Shown: positions 1 through 12,369 of the stretch, piece by piece
Numbering within the stretch: the first letter of the stretch is position 1
How the letters are laid out: every line of letters begins with the position of its first letter
Assembly: GCA_964016885.1 (NCBI GenBank)
Contig: OZ024740.1
Coordinates: 404,302,001-404,366,000, forward strand
Length of the DNA stretch: 64,000 nt
Direction of reading: 5' to 3'
Source of the DNA: Eledone cirrhosa
Taxonomy: Eukaryota
Program-made: the position numbers and the translations under genes
The notes under the pieces: model-generated
The model's database searches: none
What the model was told of the DNA's origin: nothing
Seen by the model: only the letters and a program-made list of their open reading frames with translations

Positions 1-75
1 ACTACTAATTTTCATAGAAAAAGCATATAACGATATGTGCTTTTACGATTCTCTAGAAAGGCCGGAAGATAGGTA

Positions 76-120
76 AATATTGCTGATGAGATGTAACAAC
101 ATCGAAACTAGTCCAATATT
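76..120 (+). ncRNA. Type I hammerhead ribozyme, minimal palindromic stem III
   Basis: aatattg-CTGATGA-gatgt aaca acatc-GAAA-C TA G-TC-caatatt: 7-bp stem I, 5-bp stem II, intact core, GUC site after 113. Confidence 0.9.
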
Positions 121-541
121 CCTTGTCTGGCTTTCTGGAGAATAGAGGAAAGGTGTTTCCTCGAAAACCAGTATGACTCTAAAAACCGGTTTGTCTGTGT
201 GTTTACATACAGAATAGCTGGACACTCACAGTAAAGTGTACAGTGAAAAACTCGGTACATCTACATATGTACACGTGTGTGTATTCATATGCATACTAGT
301 ATTTCAGTATACATATGTGGATGTACATTTTTAACTTAATTGTTTAAGCGTCAGTCATACAAAAGTGAGTTACAAACGAAACGAAATTTAATTTCGTTTC
401 GTTATTTGTTTTTATCGTCTCCGCTGAACCGGTACGTACTCACGCTCTATGCAAATTAGTCTGCCCACTACTAATTTTCATAGAAAAAGCATATAACGAT
501 ATGTGCTTTTACGATTCTCTAGAAAGGCCGGAAGATAGGTA

Positions 542-586
542 AATATTGCTGATGAGATGTAACAACATCGAAACTAGTCCAATATT
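542..586 (+). ncRNA. Type I hammerhead ribozyme, second copy in the tandem unit
   Basis: Identical to 76-120, shifted by 466 bp; cleavage after 579. Confidence 0.9.
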
Positions 587-1125
587 CCTTGTCTGGCTTT
601 CTGGAGAATAGAGGAAAGGTGTTTCCTCGAAAACCAGTATGACTCTAAAAACCGGTTTGTCTGTGTGTTTACATACAGAATAGCTGGACACTCACAGTAA
701 AGTGTCCAGTGAAAAACTCGGTACATCTACATATGTACACGTGTGTGTATTCATATGCATACTAGTATTTCAGTATACATATGTGGATGTACATTTTTAA
801 CTTAATTGTTTATATATATATATATATTCATATATATATATAGATATGTATTCATATATATATATATATATATACATATATATTCATATATATATATACA
901 TTCATATATATATATACATATATATTCATATATATATATACATTCATATATATATATACATATATATTCATATATATATATGTGTGTACATTTATATATA
1001 TATATATAAGTAAGAATATTTTCGAAACAGCGAGCGAGATTGAAATTAGAAATATAAGGATGCCATGTGCGCTGTTTTATGCATTTTATATATAGCATAC
1101 TTTGATGTGTCTAGGATACTAATTC

Positions 1126-1203
1126 ATCATCCACTGATGAGCTTGGATTGGTATTTCTATTCACAATTAACATTGCGAAACAACACCAAGTTGTCTGGGT
1201 GAT
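1126..1203 (+). ncRNA. Type I hammerhead in a solo PLE pLTR-like fragment (about 1007-1380)
   Basis: atcatcca-CTGATGA-gc...gc-GAAA-CAAC accaa GTTG-TC-tgggtgat; downstream flank is homologous to 30100-30190. Confidence 0.8.
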
Positions 1204-1411
1204 TGGTAGTTACCACAATTCCGGTTTGTATTTTTTTTTTTTTTTTTTCTTAAATTGAGACAAGCAAACCCTATTGTCTATAGTTAGTATTCTTTTCACC
1301 TTAGCGAATCAGGTCCCTTACGATTTGAACACATGTATATATATGTCTGTGTTCGTTTTTCATTTATATTCTATATTCTATTATTATATATATATTTATA
1401 CATTCATATAC

Positions 1412-1503
<92 letters not shown>

Positions 1504-1525
1504 GTATATACATATATACATTCAT

Positions 1526-1557
<32 letters not shown>

Positions 1558-1641
1558 ATACATATATACATTCATATATATATATATATATATATATATA
1601 CGATATTAAATAAATGGAAACTATATTTATAAAACCATATT

Positions 1642-1707
1642 TATTTCATTATATATATTTCAGGGATATCATATTAACAATATGCTATGCCTTCCTCGGA
1701 CAAAATA
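1642..1707 (-). ncRNA. Hammerhead in 3' pLTR, CCGAGGA (U4C) core
   Basis: Reverse strand reads tattttgt-CCGAGGA-agg...cct-GAAA-T ATAT A-TA-atgaaata. Confidence 0.7.
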
Positions 1708-2549
1708 CAATATAGACAGTTTTATAGATAAATAGATTTGACATACCGTTCAACATCGACTTGTATTTGAAAAGTTGAATTGGCAGTGAAAAAATTGTAA
1801 ACAGAAAGAAAGAAAGAGAGAAAAAAGGAAAGAAAGACAGAAAACGAAGAAAAAGAAGAAAAAGAAGAAATGCATGGAACAAAATAGAGAGATGGAAAGA
1901 TAGATAAAGAGAAGAACTTCATGTAAAGAAACAGAGAGAGAGATATATAGAGAGAGGAAATAGATAGAGATAGATATATATATAGAAAAATAGGTAGTTG
2001 GACATCCGTTGAATAAACGTATCAATGATACATTTATTTATTTATTTATTTATTTAGCTCTAGTATTAATGTAAGGGAGATATATGTGGTTAGGAGAGAA
2101 ACCAGCTGTTATATAGAGAGAAAAATGAAAAGTAACCAGACATAGGCGAGGCATAAAAACCCTATGTTTTAATGTAGAAGTATTAGTATGTATAAAAACC
2201 AGGCACTATAATGTAAATATCAGTATTCCTGAATGAGACACGTATCCATAATGTGTGAAAAGTAATGATCTTATGTTTAGTTTTAAAAATTCATATGTTT
2301 ATATGATAACTACAAACATCGATGTGAATTTACATGATCAACTCTGCAAACCCTAAATTCACACGGAAAACATTCTCATTGTGCTATAAAAATGTAAGTA
2401 TATATATATATGTGTATATATATACACATATATATAGAGTCTATATTACTACTATTCTTGTCTTTACTCTACATGATTATCTATCAAGCAGAAATAGAGA
2501 ACAGATTTCAATATATTAATAAAAAATATATCAGAAACAAAAACCAAAA

Positions 2550-2615
<66 letters not shown>

Positions 2616-3171
2616 TAATAAAATAGAAAACTAAAAAATATTACGAAAAAATATTACATATTAAAAATATTACATATTAAAAATAAAAATATTAGAAAAT
2701 ACTACAATAATAAAAATAAACCACAAAGATCGACCCTTCAAAATTAATTGACAATATATTGCCAAGTTCATTATAAGCATCAGAGTCGAAAACAGATAAA
2801 GCTAAAAATTATTTATCAAATCGCGTCTAGCAAAAATCATTTCAAAAAGTTTAGGATGCCCATTTGGTCTACATGTGTTCTTATATTTAATATAGAAGTT
2901 TATCTAGTGTAACGTTTATTCGAAATATTTGGAGCATCAACTTTTAGGGTAGTTTAATTTTTCATGAAGAATGTTTAAATAAAAATAAAAATAAAAAGAA
3001 GAATAAAGATTTATCGGCTAGTTTCCCAAATAATTATAAATCAAACTAAATATACTACATTTTAAATTTAAATTTATATTTAAAAGTTGAGTTTAATCTA
3101 TGTTTGCAGCAACTGAATAAATTTGTCCGTAGATTAAGGGAATTTTTAGATTTTAGTATAAAGAATATCTC

Positions 3172-3849
3172 CTATGCGCAGAGGTCACATGTCTCAGAGG
3201 ATGAATTAAAAGGAATCCCTCTTGAGACTATATTCCAAGCCGTCGAATATCTAACGTTATCTAGCTTAAGTTGCCAGAGTACGCCTGATAGTGCCGTTGA
3301 AGATTTTTTGCTTGGATCTGTGAAAGAATTCTTGTGGTTATTATAGCGAAGTTTAAATTCCGTCGATGTGGAACCGACGTAGTTAAAAGAATTAGAGTCA
3401 GTTTTAACATTACAATTGTATATTATATTTTTAACTAAGCAGTTGTTATTTAACGGACATTTAGATCTATCTCTACAGTTACATTTGTTAACTTGTATAT
3501 TATTTATGCTATTATCACTAGGTTTTAAGTTCCTATTATTTATTCTATTAATATTTTGTGCTAAATTTTTGGTGGATGAGTAGGTTAATTTTATAGTATC
3601 TCTATTGAAAATTGAGTGATACCTATGTGTTCTAGGGAAGCGATTATCAAGAGCTTTAAAAAATAGTTTAGCGATGTGGGTTTTAATGTTTAGTGAGAAA
3701 GGGGGGGCAAACCAAATTATGTTCCTAGTTCTATTTCTTTTTTGGCCTTTGGAATTATTGTAATGCTTTCTATTATAGTTGTTAAGGTTGTTGCCGTAAT
3801 TAAAATAGTTGTTATTTTGTTTAGTTTGTCTATCATTATCTATGTACAT
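3172..3849 (-). pseudogene. PLE C-terminal region with Cys linker and GIY-YIG endonuclease
   Basis: RNIIWFAPPFS, CNCRDRSKCPLNNNCLVKNIIY...YVGST...FKLRYNNH, CDLC; premature stop. Confidence 0.85.
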
Positions 3850-4219
3850 AATCTTATCAGTATATCCTGCTCTAGCTAACGCTTCATTGTAGTACTGGGC
3901 TTTTTCGTCGAAAATCTTTCTATTAGACGAGATTCTAGAGAATATATATATATCTATCTCTATCTATTTCCTCTCTCTATATATATCTCTCTCTGTTTCT
4001 TTACATGAAGTTCTTCTCTTTATCTATCTTTCCATCTCTCTATTTTGTTCCATGCATTTCTTCTTTTTCTTCTTTTTCTTCGTTTTCTGTCTTTCTTTCC
4101 TTTTTTCTCTCTTTCTTTCTTTCTGTTTACAATTTTTTCACTGCCAATTCAACTTTTCAAATACAAGTCGATGTTGAACGGTATGTCAAATCTATTTATC
4201 TATAAAACTGTCTATATTG

Positions 4220-4285
4220 TATTTTGTCTGAGGAAGGCATAGCATATTGTTAATATGATATCCCTGAAATATATATAATGAAATA
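4220..4285 (+). ncRNA. Hammerhead in inverted pLTR, canonical CTGAGGA core
   Basis: tattttgt-CTGAGGA-agg(hairpin catatt gtt aatatg)cct-GAAA-T ATAT A-TA-atgaaata. Confidence 0.78.
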
Positions 4286-4429
4286 AATATGGTTTTATAA
4301 ATATAGTTTCCATTTATTTAATATCGTAAATATACTCCAAATACTTGTCGAGTGCTTTTATATCAGTTATAAATATTTACTAGTTGTAACCCAACAATTT
4401 AAATATAACTTTCCATATATATATATATA

Positions 4430-7400
4430 TATATTTATACTTATATATACATTATATATAATTATAAACGGGAAATATCAGTAATTCATTACTACCTTAT
4501 TCCCAGTAAGAAAAATACCTCAATGTAAATACATCAGATGTTTTACAGAGCCGGAATATAAATTACAGAATAATCAAAACTATGTTCAAAACATTTTATT
4601 GCTGACAATCGTTTCTTCCAAACTTTCGTTTGGTATCATCGGAGCACTAGCAAAGTTTAGACATATAATTAACCTCCTACTCCACAGAACAATTGTAAAG
4701 ATACATAGATGTTAGTGTTGTCATTAGCAGTGTCATATTTAAAGCGTGAAGATGGTGTGGTCAGTATCAGTGGATGCGACAAAGATTATAAAAGAATAAT
4801 ACAACAATTATAGAGGAATTAAAGAAGAAAGTTACTCGCAAAACCAGGACATTAGCAGTAAATATGCAAGCGTATAGAAAGAGTGCAGATGTATTAGGTA
4901 TGTACAGAATAACCAGGTAGGAAACAAGCAATGGTACTAAGCATATATATTACAGTATGGCAAAGATATCACATAATACAATACAGGTATAAGAGCATAT
5001 AAGAGCAGACAGAGATGCTTGTGTATGAAAAGCAGTTTCTATGAAGTATATGGTGGATGTAGTGTGATTATTGTTCCGGTAATGTTCAAATGTGCATGTG
5101 TTGTGAGTATTAATATTAAGGTTTTCCATTCCATTACATTGGTTAAATTTTAGTAAATGTTTATCAGTAGTTACAACTATCGATTGTATATTGCTCCTAT
5201 TACAATCTTATCAAGGGTTCGAGTTGTTCTAGAGTGATCTGTCTAACGGTTTCATTTCAGGAAGTGAATTGGAGATCTATATTAAGGGGAGCTAATGCGA
5301 AAGGGGAGGTAATTGGCGATTAATAATTTGTATATAAGATAACAAAAGAATGTATAGTTGTTTACAGCTCCAATTAGTTAAATTCTATGCATTAATATAC
5401 AATATATTATGTTATAAGTGAATCCTTTTATATAATGCTATTTATTTTTAAATTTATATATTTAATTTTAAATACAATCTTTTTTCCTATAATACATTAA
5501 AGGTCTCATTTTATTACTATCTACCCATATATTAATTAAATGAATAAAATATTAGTAAGCTATAGTAGTTATATTAAATGGTGGTAACTTTATGTTTATT
5601 GCTAATAGTTATTGTAGAGTATAAGATTTGAGATAAATAGGAGGTAAGAAGAGGAATGAGCTGATCATATAATGTGATGCTGTGGGGGTAATTATATGCT
5701 GATAAAACCTAGAGGTGAAGTGTTAATGGTGGTGAGGAATCCAGATCTGACATTGTTATATACTAGCAGCTAGGTTTAAAGTTGTGGTAGTGTTGGCACA
5801 TCAAAAAAATTTCTGATTTTCTATTTAAGAGGTTTAGCTTAGAATAGATTATAGTGCGGGTCTCTAGAAGACAGAGGTTACATAATTTATTCGGTGGTTT
5901 ATATGATGCGGCCTATCTATTACTTCCCATTGAAGTGTATATGGTCTATTCTTAGTTTTCAGAGAGTGTATGTAGTTAGATAAAGAAGTGGAGTTAGGTA
6001 GTTGCGATTTTTGAAAGTGTGGAGATGCGAGTTATATCTCGTCTTGAAGCAGTTCGAAGTAGAACCGATATATGTTTTTGAAGTGTTGTTTGTATTGTCT
6101 GTTCATGAGTCAATGATGTTTTTTCCCAGGGGGAAAGTTCTATTTGTTCTACAGTTATAGTTATTCTGGTTGTTTACTTGCTGGTTAATAGGGTGTGTAG
6201 ATGCATGGTTGTTAGGGATAGCATTAGGGCAATGATGGTTATCATTCCCATTGATATTAATTTCATTAGTGCTATTATCATTACTATTATTGCTACCAGA
6301 ATTCTCTGGTACTATGTTGTTATGTAAGTTCACCGCCTGTTGTGGTTTAATTGGTTGGAAATAATTATTAATTTTCCTTTTATTACTACTAGCTATATGG
6401 TACGCGATGTTCGGTGTGGTAGAGTAAGAGATTTTAATGGTATTTTTATTGATAAGATTATGGTATTTGTGGCCGACTGAGAAATCTTTTTCTAAGATTG
6501 AGAAGAAAGCCTTGGACAAGTTGGTAGAGAGGTTTAGATTGAAAGGGGGATTGAAAATGTATTATTTCTTCTTCTATTTTTATTTTTTGTAATGTTATTT
6601 GAGGTATTGTTTATATTTCTGTTTATATTATTATTATTGGGGTGTTTATTCTGGTGCGAGTTAAGTTTGATATTACCCTTCGTACTAGAGTTAGAGTGGC
6701 TAGTACTTTTATTACTTTTCTTCATGGCCATATTGTGAGAAATAGTGTTATTACTAGGTGATTTTATAAGTAAAAATGTAATTTCATTTTTATGGCCTGA
6801 TCTAGCTAAGGCCTCATTATAGTATTGGGAATTACTGTTAAATATAGTTTCATTATATGATAGAGCAGAAATTCTATTTGATATTCCTTTAATAATTGAG
6901 TTTAATATAGATTTAGGGTGGTTAGAGTTGGTATCTACATAAAGTAGTTTTTCGTTTGGTTTATGAAAGGGTGTATATATTTTAGAGTCCAGGCAAAGGG
7001 TAACATCAAGGAAGTTAACGTTTTTAGTGTTTTTATCTAAGGTAATACCTAAGTTGAATTTTTTGAAAATTTTATGTAATTGTTTCCTAGTTCTTTCTAT
7101 ATTAAATTTTTATAGTCAATAAGTAGTAGTGCATCATCGCGGTATAAACCACCATCGAGGTGGGGTAGATTCCTATGAATTTCATTTAAGAAATATAGAC
7201 CCACCAAATCAGTGACCTATGCCGAGTCACTAGATCCCATAGTTATGTCAAAGTTGTTAGGTGTATCCTTGCGGGTCCATAATTGATCTTCGAACACAAT
7301 TATGGTTTTACGGGCCGCAAGGATGACATCAATTTGGGATTTAGTAAGCTCACTATTGTTCATAGCCATAATTAATGCCTTATTTAATAGGATAGGAGAA

Positions 7401-8634
7401 ATAGAGGTGTAGTATGAATTAATATCAAATTGTATAAATTTGTTATTTTTATTCTCGTTAATATCATTGAACCATTCAATAACTTCACCAGTATTTCCCC
7501 ACAGGTTAAGATATATTTTATGCTTAAATTGGGGGATGATTCTATCTAATATTTTTGCTGATAATTCTAATGTCAGATTTGGAAGGGCAAATTAGTCTTA
7601 TAGAAGAGTTACTATTAAAGTCTTCCTTATGGTCTTTCAGAGAGGGTCTTGGGGTTAGGGGTGTATGGCAGTGTATATCTCTGAAGTCTTAATTTACATA
7701 CTATACTATGGCCTTCTATATTTATATCTTCTAGGTATTTAATAGTGGTTTTCTTATAGCTCTTATGTAGTTCTTTATATATAAATGTTCTATATGTATC
7801 GTAATCTAGGCTATATATATATTATTAGTTTATCAGCATGTACTAGAATTTTTTTTTTTTAATCTTTTAATAGTGGAGTTAAGGTTGTTTAATAAGGTGT
7901 TTCTATTATGTTTTCTGTACCGTATGTTCTTAACTAGTTTTATTAAATCATTTTCGAAACAGTTTAATAAGGTGTTGTGAGGTGGGCTTTTAAAAGTTTT
8001 AAAGCCGTAAGAGTCGAAATTGTTTGCATCTCTGTTTTTGTCTGTTCGGTTTCTATCGTAATGGAATGTCCTCCATCTCACTCTATTGATAAATGAGTTG
8101 ACACTATTGATCAATAATTTTTCGTACGTATCCCTAGATGGTATTGGGATGTTCTTAGTAGATATAGGAAGATAATCTTTGATTAGCATACTGTTAATTT
8201 TATGTATGTTAGCTCAACAGTATGGAGCAGTTAATAATAACAATATTATTATTTATACTTATATATACACTATATATAATTATAAACAGGAAAGGTCAGT
8301 AATTCATTACTACCTCATTACCAGTAAGAAAAATAGCTCAATGTAAATACATCAGATGTTTTACAGAGCCGGAATTCTGTACATGCCTAACACATCTGCA
8401 CTCTTTCTATACGCTTGCATATGTACTGCTAATGACATCGTTTTGCGAGTAACTTTCTTCTTTTATCCCTCTATAATTGTTGTATTTTTCTTTTATAATC
8501 TTTGTCGCACCCACTGATACTGACCACATCATCTTCACTCTTTAAATATGACACTGCTAATGACAACACTAACATCTATGTATCTTTGCGATTGTTCTGT
8601 GGAATAGGAGGTTAATTATATGTCTAAACTTTGC

Positions 8635-8637
<3 letters not shown>
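4430..8637 (-). mobile_element. Near full-length decayed Penelope-like element with partial direct and inverted 5' pLTR
   Basis: N-terminal KNIPIPS...INRVRWR (7833-8189), GGLYRDD RT motif near 7131-7155, HKYHNLINKNTIKISYS (6103-6519); 8250-8375 repeats 4431-4557 and 8376-8637 is the reverse complement of about 4647-4908; many stops. Confidence 0.88.
4600..4646 (-). ncRNA. Hammerhead in pLTR, CCGATGA (U4C) core
   Basis: Reverse strand reads tgct-CCGATGA-ta ccaaac gaaa gtttgg aa-GAAA-C gatt G-TC-agca. Confidence 0.72.
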
Positions 8638-8680
<43 letters not shown>

Positions 8681-8695
8681 CGTATGTCTATATAA

Positions 8696-8734
<39 letters not shown>

Positions 8735-8737
<3 letters not shown>

Positions 8738-9668
8738 GTATATATATAAAATTGAGTATGTGTTTGGGGCCTACATCCTACGACCGATTTTCATGAAACT
8801 TTACAGGTTCACTGATTAGTCATCGGAGAATGTTTTCCATATATCAGCGTATCGTTTTTTTTATTCCGGGCTCATTCTGCAAATAAAAATCGATAGGGGG
8901 GGGGGGGGGGGGCACCTTTTTTTTAGGTATCGAAAAATGAGAATTTTGACTCTACCTTCCACATTTTGTCACCGATTTCGTTCAAATGTTAAAGCAAAAT
9001 CGAATTTATCATTGCACATCCTGTAATAGCTTTATATTTTGCATTTGTTGTTCAGGGACGGTGTGGCAGCCGCTTAAATATTCAAAATTACCACTTTTAG
9101 ACTCAAATTTCCACTTTTTCGGCTCTAGCTCCCACATTAATCAACCTACTTTGTTCAAATTTTACACTACGCTAGATCTGATTATTTCACGTCTTAACAT
9201 TTTGGATTTTCGCTCAAATTACCGCCTTTTCGGCTCTAGCTCCCACATTTTTCAACCGATTTCTTTCAAATTCGAAACTTCGGCTCCATCTCACACATAA
9301 ATCAATTTATTTGGTTCAACTTTTATACTAGGATAGAACCTATCATTGCACATCTTATAGATGGTCAAAGGCAAAACGATGGCCACTGAGGTCGTCTGAG
9401 CTTTTAGTTGTGTATTTGAAAATTCATCGGTTTCCAATCAAGTAACGTGAGGAAATTTGGCTTAGTGTTAGAGGTCATTACCTCCCTCCCCCAGCATGCC
9501 CCTTCGTCAGTCACCCGCGTTTCTCAGTGATAGAGGTTATCAACACCCTCCCCCGCACGGCCTGTGTGTGGCCATAGATGAGTCATCGAGAAGCAGTCGC
9601 TAAGATCAACACCTTTTCATAAAAACAGATATTTTACCTACCCAGGCAACGCTGGGTACTGCTGCTAG
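8735..9668 (+). mobile_element. Non-autonomous Helitron
   Basis: 5' TC start; 3' hairpin tacccag gcaacg ctgggta then CTAG; sits between A and T; internal repeats ttcggctctagctcccacatt. Confidence 0.75.
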
Positions 9669-9699
<31 letters not shown>

Positions 9700-10043
9700 G
9701 TATGTCTATATAAATATGTCTATATATATATATATACATATATATATACATACCACATTGGCATACGGCTGGATAATACTTGTATCCCTATATGTATTTT
9801 TTACACGTAGGAACACATACTTTATTATTATTAATCTCCCCTAAGGTTGAGATAACATTTGGTCGTTTGAACTGCTGCTATTTCTAGTGGCAGGACATTG
9901 ACCTGTCCGCCCTGCCTTCTGTCTTTACACACGGCACTAGACAAAATTATTCCTTTTCTCATTCACTCTCATCCGGGAACGGTTTTGTATGGCGTCAGTT
10001 TGTGATTTGAAGTCGGGAATTTTATATTCTCCGAGCGAGAAGA

Positions 10044-10127
10044 GTCTTCTGAAGAGAGTCCCCTTCTCAATGGAAATCCGCTTGGATTATCCGTTTATTT
10101 TGGGATGTGAGACCGCGCGGTAAAGGC
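10044..10127 (+). ncRNA. Decayed hammerhead (GAAA changed to GAGA) with palindromic stem III
   Basis: gtctt-CTGAAGA-gagtcccc...gggatgt-GAGA-C CGCGCG G-TA-aaggc. Confidence 0.6.
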
Positions 10128-10195
10128 ACATATAGTAAGTACAGCGAACTTTTAAAAATTTATTTTAAAACTTTTTCTCTATTTGCTAGACATTG

Positions 10196-10231
<36 letters not shown>

Positions 10232-10253
10232 CGTAAGTCTATATATATATTTA

Positions 10254-10580
10254 ATTAGCAAGTGAAGAACACAATATATAACTACTCCATTACCAAAAGT
10301 TTCTGGATCCCAGACAATCTTTTTTCCTTTGGAATTACCTAACATATATATATGGTGTGGACGTGGGTGTTTTCAAGAAACAACTCGACACCTTGTTATC
10401 CAGGATCCCGGATGAGCCCACAGCAAGGCACGAGGGAAACCAAAGGTCAGCAACAACGAACTCCCTCTTTCACCAGTGGCCAACCAATACAGGCTGGAGA
10501 TAAAACTGTAGCAACAAGGGCGGTGCCCCAGCATGACCTCAGCCGGATGGCTGGAACAAGTAAAAGAGTAAAAGAGCAAA

Positions 10581-10582
<2 letters not shown>
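10254..10582 (+). mobile_element. CR1-like LINE 3' fragment
   Basis: Encodes GVDVGVFKKQLDTLLSRIPDEPTA...TNSL; taaaagag tandem tail; homolog at 35733-36030. Confidence 0.75.
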
Positions 10583-10641
<59 letters not shown>

Positions 10642-10728
10642 GAGGTTATATTTAATTTGTTGGGATACAACAAGCAAAATATTTTTTCAGGGTATGTCAA
10701 TATTTATTTATAAAACTAACCTATATTA

Positions 10729-10794
10729 TATTTTATCTGATGAAAGCGCACCATAGTTTGCCTTAGTGGCCCTTGAAATATGTATAATGAAATA
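10729..10794 (+). ncRNA. Hammerhead in a solo pLTR fragment related to 4220-4330
   Basis: tattttat-CTGATGA-aag...ctt-GAAA-T atgt A-TA-atgaaata; same downstream ataaatatggttttataaatatagtttcc. Confidence 0.75.
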
Positions 10795-10848
10795 AATATG
10801 GTTTTATAAATATAGTTTCCATTTGTTAATATATTGTATATATATATA

Positions 10849-11322
10849 TATTTATTAAAATAACAGATTAAAGTTTAAGCAAAGAATCGCTGCTTTCACC
10901 CTTAACGGGATCTTCTGAAATTAAAAAAATCCATCTGTAAACGCAGAAGTAAATATTTTGAAAAACGTTGCAACTGAAGGAAGACAGGAAGACGATATTT
11001 TGGTTCGTGGAAACGTTCCCTGGCAAAGATCGGAAAAAACGAAGATAATACGTCATTATTTGGAGCGGTGAAAACAATTACACGCAAAGACAAAACCACG
11101 TTTATGGTATAAAAGAAGTCGTAGACTAATATTCTATTCTTCGTTTTTTTTTCGTTCTTTGCCACGGAACGTTTCCATGAACCAAAGTATCGTCTTCCTG
11201 TCTTCCTTCGGTTGCAACGTTTTTTCTGCGTTCACAGATTGATTTTTTTTAGTTTAAGATCTCGTTAAGGGTGAAAGCAGCGATTCTTTGCTTAAACTTT
11301 AATCTGTTATTTTAATAAATAT
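10849..11322. repeat. Foldback: about 170-180-bp imperfect inverted arms with a 125-bp spacer; arms carry a hammerhead-like motif
   Basis: 10849-11029 is the reverse complement of 11156-11322; HHR-like CAGAAGA-tccc gttaa gggt-GAAA-GCAG...TTGC-TT on - strand at 10872-10922. Confidence 0.85.
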
Positions 11323-11405
11323 TTGCTCTACGGTTCTTATATATTTGATATATATTTATACTTATCGAGCCCTCTTTGGATTTTAGTCTTCAAATTTATT
11401 ATTAT

Positions 11406-11461
<56 letters not shown>

Positions 11462-11488
11462 ACATACACACACACACATATATATATA

Positions 11489-12369
11489 TGAGGTGTGTCA
11501 GTAAAGTTCCAGGACTGATGTCACAAAAGATTTATTTCAAACCCAAACTTCACACTAAGAGTTTTCTCCTTCAAAGTAACCCCCCTGGAGTCTAATGCAC
11601 TTTTCTATCCTTTTCTGCCACGCTTGCATGCACTACTGGAAGGATTCTTTCAGGATCCTCCGCAGTTCCGTCGTCACGGCCTTTTTGATGTCGTCCACGT
11701 CTTCAAAACGCGTCCCCTCAGGGTCGTACTCGAAGATCCATGACTCGTCACCGGTGATGACTGTCCCTAGCAAGTCTGGTTCGGTTTCAAGACGCTCGAG
11801 GATATCCTGGCACACTTGCATGCGTCGACCCTTCTGGTCATCGTTCAGCAGTTTTGGCACCATCTTCGCGCAGACTTTCCGCATGTCCAAATCTTCAGTG
11901 AGAATCTTCCAGACGCTGTCCCGATTCATGGCCAGCTCATTTGCCATCAGTCGAACAGTCAGCCGACGATCGCTACGCACCATCTGCCTGACGCGTTCAA
12001 CGTTGACCTCAGTCCTGGTTGTTGAGGTCCTTCCGCTCCTGATGTCATCTTGCACCACTCAAAAACACGTGAGCGTGACATCGTCTCCATACACTTGCTG
12101 CAGCAATCCCAGTGTTTCTGACGGAGTTTTCCCCAAATGTACCAGAAACTTCAAGTTTGTTCGTTGCTCTGTGCTCATTGCTTGACGACCTGAAACAGAG
12201 GACATGTATATAAAATTATGAAGAAAAAAGTTTGATCGCTGCAGAGAACTAAGATTATAGTTACATACTCCAGGGAGATTACTTTGAAGGAGAAAACTCT
12301 TAGTGCGAAGTTTGGGTTTGAAATAAATCTTTTGTGACATCAGTCCTGGAACTTTTCTGACACACCTCG
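11489..12369 (-). mobile_element. Mariner DNA transposon, internally deleted, with about 105-bp TIRs
   Basis: TIRs (t/c)gaggtgtgtcag...ggagt, TA flanks; transposase remnants EQRTNLKFLV, KMVPKLL, ITGDESW, deleted after YDPE. Confidence 0.92.

Larger units (their letters stand above)
1..811 (+). repeat. Tandem 466-bp unit (about 1.75 copies visible) with one hammerhead per unit; retrozyme-like or tandem pLTR
   Basis: 1-345 recurs at 467-811 with one visible substitution (gtgtacagt vs gtgtccagt); ends in (TA)n; left end runs off the window. Confidence 0.9.
1600..4415 (-). mobile_element. 5'-truncated Penelope-like element with inverted 5' pseudo-LTR
   Basis: GIY-YIG ORF on - strand; 1600-1985 is the reverse complement of about 3942-4326; flanked by (TA)n. 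Confidence 0.88.

Noticed and set aside
43-691. Two identical 60-aa ORFs on the - strand
   Set aside because: Antisense to the hammerhead repeat, non-ATG start, no recognisable motif; identity follows from the tandem duplication
8678-9718. 23-bp direct repeat atacgtatgtctatataaatatg flanking the Helitron as a TSD
   Set aside because: Helitrons do not make TSDs and the repeats are separated from the termini by microsatellite; more likely a local slippage duplication
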